Below are positions 29,963 through 34,153 of a stretch of DNA of 34,153 bases, piece by piece (positions within the stretch are counted from its first letter, which is position 1; the number at the start of each line of letters is the position of its first letter). Position numbers and translations under genes: made by a program. Source of the DNA: an uncultured Deferribacteres bacterium (GTDB lineage: Bacteria; Zhuqueibacterota; Zhuqueibacteria; Zhuqueibacterales; Geothermadaptataceae); assembly GCA_964014485.1 (NCBI GenBank), contig CAXHAT010000081.1:1-34153 (forward strand). Direction: 5' to 3'. The notes beneath the pieces were generated by a model. The model saw nothing but the letters and a program-made list of their open reading frames with translations, did no database searches and had not been told where the DNA came from.

Positions 29963-32900
29963 ATGAAGAAGGTAGTTTTTCTAACATTTTTTTGCAGCCT
30001 GATAAACTTCTCAACCGCTCTTTCTCGGCAGCCGGAGTTAAGCGTTAGCTCCAGGAATTTCCCTTTGGCTGATTGTAATGCGGAAGGCGAAATCACGATT
30101 AAAAATACCGGAGACGGCCAATTGCGGTGGCAAGTCGCTTCGGGCTTTCCTGCCTGGATTATCGTTGATGATGACGGCGCTGATAAATCCTTGGGCGGCG
30201 GCAAGGAAGCAACGATCAAGATTACGGCGAATTGCGAAAATTTACAGCCCGGCGAGGAAGAAGGCGATCTCACAATCGAACAAACCAACGGCGACGCCAG
30301 CAAAACGGTAACGATTGCCGTGAAAATCCCCAGCCTTGAAGTGACTCCGCTGTCCTTGACTTTTGACGAAGGCATGTTCGACCCGACAACCAAAGCGATC
30401 AAAATAAGAAATGACGGCGGAGAAGGGACTCTGAAATGGAGTCACGACGCACCGTCGCGGAACTGGATTACGGTCAAATCCGCGCCATCGAAAAAGGAAG
30501 TCCAAAAAGGAGATGAGCAGACAGTCACGGTAAGCGTTAACCCTGGAAGCCTCCCCAAAGGCCGGAAAGACGGAACGCTCACTTTTAGAGCGTTAAATTC
30601 CAATGGCGCGGAGGAAACCGTCAGTATTACGATGAATATTCCCAACCATGCGCCGAAGCTTGAAAGGGCGTTTCCCGATATTCCGGATTTCAAAAAGATC
30701 GATCAAGGCAAACCCAAGAGTACGATAGACTTGAACTTGCATTTTGGCGATCAAGACAACGACAAGCTCGAATTTGCAGCCACGCTGACTCCGGCGCAAA
30801 ACGAGAACATCTCAATCGAGATTGGCGCCGACGACATTCTTATTCTCACGCCGCTCAAGAAAGGCGGCGGCGCATCCACGATTACAGTTGAAGCCGACGA
30901 TAATGACGGCGGCAAAACGAGCAGTGATTTTACCGTCACAGTCGTCAACTCGCAACCGACGCTCAAAAGGGAATTTGGCAAAATCGCGTTCACCAGGGCG
31001 CAAGGGAAAGAAAACATCAAGTTAACGGACTTCATCGAAGACAAGGACGAGGATGAACTCGATTTCATTTTCGCTATGTTTGACAACAGCGGCGTCGAGT
31101 CCCCGAGCGTTTATGACGCCGAGGTTACGGAAAGCGATGACCTGATTTTGACGGCAATCGCCAAAGGCAACACCGTTAGAGCGACCATCGAAGCTAAAGA
31201 CGGAGAAGATTTCGAAGATTTTCCAGTCGATATTCAAATATTGAATTCGCCGCCCAGCGTCGATCCGAACAACCGATTGAGGGATCGAACTCTGCTTTTG
31301 GGAGAAATTTTTGTTTTGAATCTGGAAGGCAATTCGCCGGTTTTCTCAGACGCGGACACAGACGTTTCCGATCTTTACAGTTACGCCCGAGACACGCTGT
31401 TGTACGCCAACACATCGTCAGACACTTCCATCGCCTCTGCTTTTTCGGTGATTAATGACACCATCAATATTCCTAACGCGCTCTTTGTTCAAGCGAAAGA
31501 TTCCGGTCAAGCGACGATTACGGTCGTGGCGATTGACGATAACGGCGAGCAAGCGAGAGATGATTTTACGGTCAAAATTGGACTTAACCGCCCGCCGGTT
31601 TTGATCACGGAGAATAAAATCGACGACCAGGTTTTGACGGTCGGCGGCCCTGACTTTTCGATGAATCTTACAGAGAATCATGTTTTTGTTGACCCGGACA
31701 CCGCGGATAATTTGACTTATTCCGTCGAAAGTCTCGATCCGTCCATAGCTTTTGCTCTGATCGATTCCGGCGATGTTCTGAAAGCATTCCTGACGACGCC
31801 GGACAGCATTGGAGACGCAACAAGTATTATCGTGAATGTGGAGGACGGATTTGGCGGAAGTGCGTCAGACATTTTCAGCGTCAAAGTCAATTTCCCGCCT
31901 CGCGTGAAAGCGGAAGCGCCGAGATCGCTGCTGCTTCAAACCAGTGAAGAAAGCACGTTGGATTTGAACGCGGTCTTTTTTGATCCCGAAGAGCAAGCGC
32001 TAAATTTCCCCGATACGATTTGGACGCCAACGCATCTGGAAATATCTAAAACGGCGAATTTAGTCAATTTTAAAGGTCAGTCGCTAGGTTCGGATACGAT
32101 CAGATTTATCGCGGACGACGGCGTTGAAGGCGGGGTCGGCGTTTTCGACTTGATTGTCAATGTCGATGAACCGCCGATGATTTCTTCGGCTCCTCCCGTC
32201 GGTGCAATTGACGACAGCAGCATCGTTCTCACGGCGCAAATATCGGATCGCGGCAGCAGCGAGGCCGTTGCCGGGATTGAAACGGCGATTCTCAATTTCC
32301 GAAGAGGCGGCGATTCCAGCTTTTTCTCCATCCAGATGGACCCTGCGGATTTGGCGGATAATTTTCAGGTCAACCTCCCCGCTTTCGCCGTGACTTCGCG
32401 CGGCGTTGAATACACGATTGAAGCGCGGGACTTGGCGGGCATAACCGCGATCAATCCGGAACACGGATTTCAATCGATTCGCGTGCGGGTCGGAGGCGAA
32501 GGTGCGATTGCCGCGAACCCGCAACCGGCGGGAAAGGATACCACGCAATATCGTCTCGTTTCCTTCCCTCTGGAATTGGATCGCCCCGCACCGGCGGACG
32601 TCCTTGCCGATGATTTAGACCCCTACAAAAATTATCTCTGGCGTTTTTTGCTGCCCCACGCCGACGGCTTCTCGTTCACGGATTTTCCGGATATCGAAAG
32701 AGTCACGCCGGGGCAGGCTTATTGGATTATTGTGAAAAACAAAGACAAGGTGATTGATACCGGCTCCGGCGTTTCAATTCCAACCGACAAGCCTTTTGAA
32801 ATCGATATTGCTCCGGGATTGAACTTTGTCGGAACGCCGTTCACATTTCCAACCAATATCGCAGATACGCTCGCAAGCGGCGCGCAAACGCCCGTTCTTT

Positions 32901-33829
32901 ATCATTATGAAAGCAAATGGAGCGATCCGCTGACGGACCCCGTGGAAAGAATGGAGCCGTTTGAAGGCTACTGCCTGGTGAGCAACAATTCAGCGGCGGA
33001 CGTCTTATTTCTCACCTCGGACACCACTTCTCCCAGACGCTTTTTGACCAAACAAGCGATGTTAGCCGAAAACCGGATCGAATGGTCGATTCGGATCGTC
33101 GCAGCTTCAGGGAACGCCGTTGATGATAATAATCACGCCGGAATCTGGCCGTCCGGCAAGTTTGATTGGGATGAGCGCGACTATCCGGAACCGCCGGTGA
33201 TTGGCGGGTATGTTTCGGTGTATTTTCCGCACCCCGAGTGGGGGCGGTTGAGCAAAAAGTACACGACCGACTTTCGTCCGACGCTGGAAGACGGCGAAGT
33301 GTGGGAATTCGAGGTGTTGAGCAACATTCGCGACGCAGTGCGCTTGTCCTTCGAAGGCGTGGAAGACGCGCCGGAAGCTTACGACGTTTTTCTGCTGGAT
33401 GACGCTGTCAAAACGCCGATCGATCTGCGCGAACGCAACACGTACAGCATTGCAGGACGCGGGCCGGAGCACCCAAAGCGTTTGAAATTGCTCGTCGCCA
33501 AAGGCGCTTTTCTGGACGAAACCTTGACGGATTTCCAGGCCGTTCCAGAGACTTTCGAGCTGGCGCAGAATTACCCCAATCCCTTCAATCCTTCCACCAC
33601 GATCCGCTACGGTTTGCCGCAACCTGCGCGCGTCACCATTCGGATTTACAGCCCGGTCGGAGAACTGGTTCGCACGTTGATCGATGGAGAAGAACACGCC
33701 GCCGGTTATCACACGGCAATCTGGGACGGCAGAAACGCTTCCGGCTTATCGGTTGCGAGCGGCGTTTATCTCTACATGATGCATGCGGGAGCGTTTCGCG
33801 AAGTTAAAAAAATGGCTTTGGTCAAGTAG
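29963..33829 (+). CDS. Large secreted protein: 2 BACON-like domains, tandem cadherin/Ig-like repeats, C-terminal FlgD-Ig/T9SS type A sorting-like domain
   Basis: Signal peptide; ITIKNTGDGQLRW and IRNDGGEGTLKW BACON-like motifs; repeats starting NHAP/NSQP/NSPP/NRPP/NFPP with F-D-D and DD-GG motifs; C-terminal LAQNYPNPFNPSTTIRY...WDGRN..G..VASGVYLY...KKMALVK. Confidence 0.88.
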   Translation: MKKVVFLTFFCSLINFSTALSRQPELSVSSRNFPLADCNAEGEITIKNTGDGQLRWQVASGFPAWIIVDDDGADKSLGGGKEATIKITANCENLQPGEEEGDLTIEQTNGDASKTVTIAVKIPSLEVTPLSLTFDEGMFDPTTKAIKIRNDGGEGTLKWSHDAPSRNWITVKSAPSKKEVQKGDEQTVTVSVNPGSLPKGRKDGTLTFRALNSNGAEETVSITMNIPNHAPKLERAFPDIPDFKKIDQGKPKSTIDLNLHFGDQDNDKLEFAATLTPAQNENISIEIGADDILILTPLKKGGGASTITVEADDNDGGKTSSDFTVTVVNSQPTLKREFGKIAFTRAQGKENIKLTDFIEDKDEDELDFIFAMFDNSGVESPSVYDAEVTESDDLILTAIAKGNTVRATIEAKDGEDFEDFPVDIQILNSPPSVDPNNRLRDRTLLLGEIFVLNLEGNSPVFSDADTDVSDLYSYARDTLLYANTSSDTSIASAFSVINDTINIPNALFVQAKDSGQATITVVAIDDNGEQARDDFTVKIGLNRPPVLITENKIDDQVLTVGGPDFSMNLTENHVFVDPDTADNLTYSVESLDPSIAFALIDSGDVLKAFLTTPDSIGDATSIIVNVEDGFGGSASDIFSVKVNFPPRVKAEAPRSLLLQTSEESTLDLNAVFFDPEEQALNFPDTIWTPTHLEISKTANLVNFKGQSLGSDTIRFIADDGVEGGVGVFDLIVNVDEPPMISSAPPVGAIDDSSIVLTAQISDRGSSEAVAGIETAILNFRRGGDSSFFSIQMDPADLADNFQVNLPAFAVTSRGVEYTIEARDLAGITAINPEHGFQSIRVRVGGEGAIAANPQPAGKDTTQYRLVSFPLELDRPAPADVLADDLDPYKNYLWRFLLPHADGFSFTDFPDIERVTPGQAYWIIVKNKDKVIDTGSGVSIPTDKPFEIDIAPGLNFVGTPFTFPTNIADTLASGAQTPVLYHYESKWSDPLTDPVERMEPFEGYCLVSNNSAADVLFLTSDTTSPRRFLTKQAMLAENRIEWSIRIVAASGNAVDDNNHAGIWPSGKFDWDERDYPEPPVIGGYVSVYFPHPEWGRLSKKYTTDFRPTLEDGEVWEFEVLSNIRDAVRLSFEGVEDAPEAYDVFLLDDAVKTPIDLRERNTYSIAGRGPEHPKRLKLLVAKGAFLDETLTDFQAVPETFELAQNYPNPFNPSTTIRYGLPQPARVTIRIYSPVGELVRTLIDGEEHAAGYHTAIWDGRNASGLSVASGVYLYMMHAGAFREVKKMALVK

Positions 33830-33940
33830 CAAGACGTTCACCCTGCCATTGAATCGGGCGCACTATTTGAAAGTTGAGCGACCAAACTTTGTGCGCCCGG
33901 ACATGTCGCTTGCAAATCAAGCGCTTGTACCGTATTTTTC

Positions 33941-33980
33941 AAAACCCTCTGATCTTTTGGATTACGAGGGTTTTCATTTT
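33941..33980 (+). terminator. Putative intrinsic terminator closing the TIR-STAND operon
   Basis: AAAACCCTC-TGATC-TTTT-GGATTA-C-GAGGGTTTT-CATTTT hairpin with T-rich tail, about 110 nt after stop 33829. Confidence 0.55.
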
Positions 33981-34031
33981 ACTTCATTGATGTTACGCGA
34001 CAGCAGCGACGCCGTAGAAACTCTCGTTAAA

Positions 34032-34049
34032 GTCATTCCCGCGCAGGCG
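34032..34049. repeat. Partial REP-like repeat, family C
   Basis: GTCATTCCCGCGCAGGCG, 17/18 identical to 23416..23433. Confidence 0.55.
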
Positions 34050-34086
34050 CACGCACGATAAAAAGGTTGTGGATAACTTGTACCTT

Positions 34087-34131
34087 GTCCCGGAGGGGCA
34101 TTCGAAAATAGCCAGCCAATTCATTGGCTGG
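34087..34131. repeat. REP-like palindrome, related to family A
   Basis: GTCCCGGAGGGGCA hairpin followed by AATAG and the CCAGCCAAT-TC-ATTGGCTGG hairpin. Confidence 0.5.
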
Positions 34132-34153
34132 ACTGAAGTTACGCCTGATTTCC

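Noticed and set aside
33783..34061. 92-aa ORF after the large secreted protein
   Set aside because: It overlaps the upstream gene end, runs through a terminator-like hairpin and a REP-like repeat, and has no RBS or motif.
34068..34076. DnaA box (TGTGGATAA) as evidence for oriC
   Set aside because: It is a single perfect box with no visible cluster or AT-rich unwinding element. Sequence beyond the window edge would be needed, although parAB/atp are often origin-proximal.

Overview
Bacterial contig end of about 50% GC. The FlgD/T9SS-type C-terminal domain, the AtpB N-terminal extension and the atp gene order suggest an FCB-superphylum organism such as KSB1 or Calditrichota (inference). Bases 1-44 are an untrimmed Illumina Nextera i5 adapter, so they are an artefact. 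The left part holds an M50B-like protease, an IS630-type remnant capped by a 104-bp palindrome, and a minus-strand housekeeping block: parA-parB, M23 peptidase, bactofilin and a complete F1Fo ATP synthase operon (atpZ-I-B-E-F-H-A-G-D-C). The middle holds an M61 aminopeptidase, a RidA-family lipoprotein, DUF58, a kinase/class-III aminotransferase fusion, an AAA_14/DUF4143 ATPase with a palindromic operator, ferritin, a hotdog-fold protein, a secreted four-repeat protein and an orphan ABC ATPase. The right part is the most interesting: an apparent four-gene operon encoding a multi-TIR-fold protein, an nSTAND1 NTPase-TM-coiled-coil-WD40 protein, a small exported TPR-like membrane protein and a large BACON/Ig-repeat protein with a T9SS/FlgD-type tail. 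It is a candidate trans-envelope NLR/TLR-like sensing or defence system. Three families of short palindromic intergenic repeats are scattered through the window. All calls come from motif recognition by eye; no searches were run.
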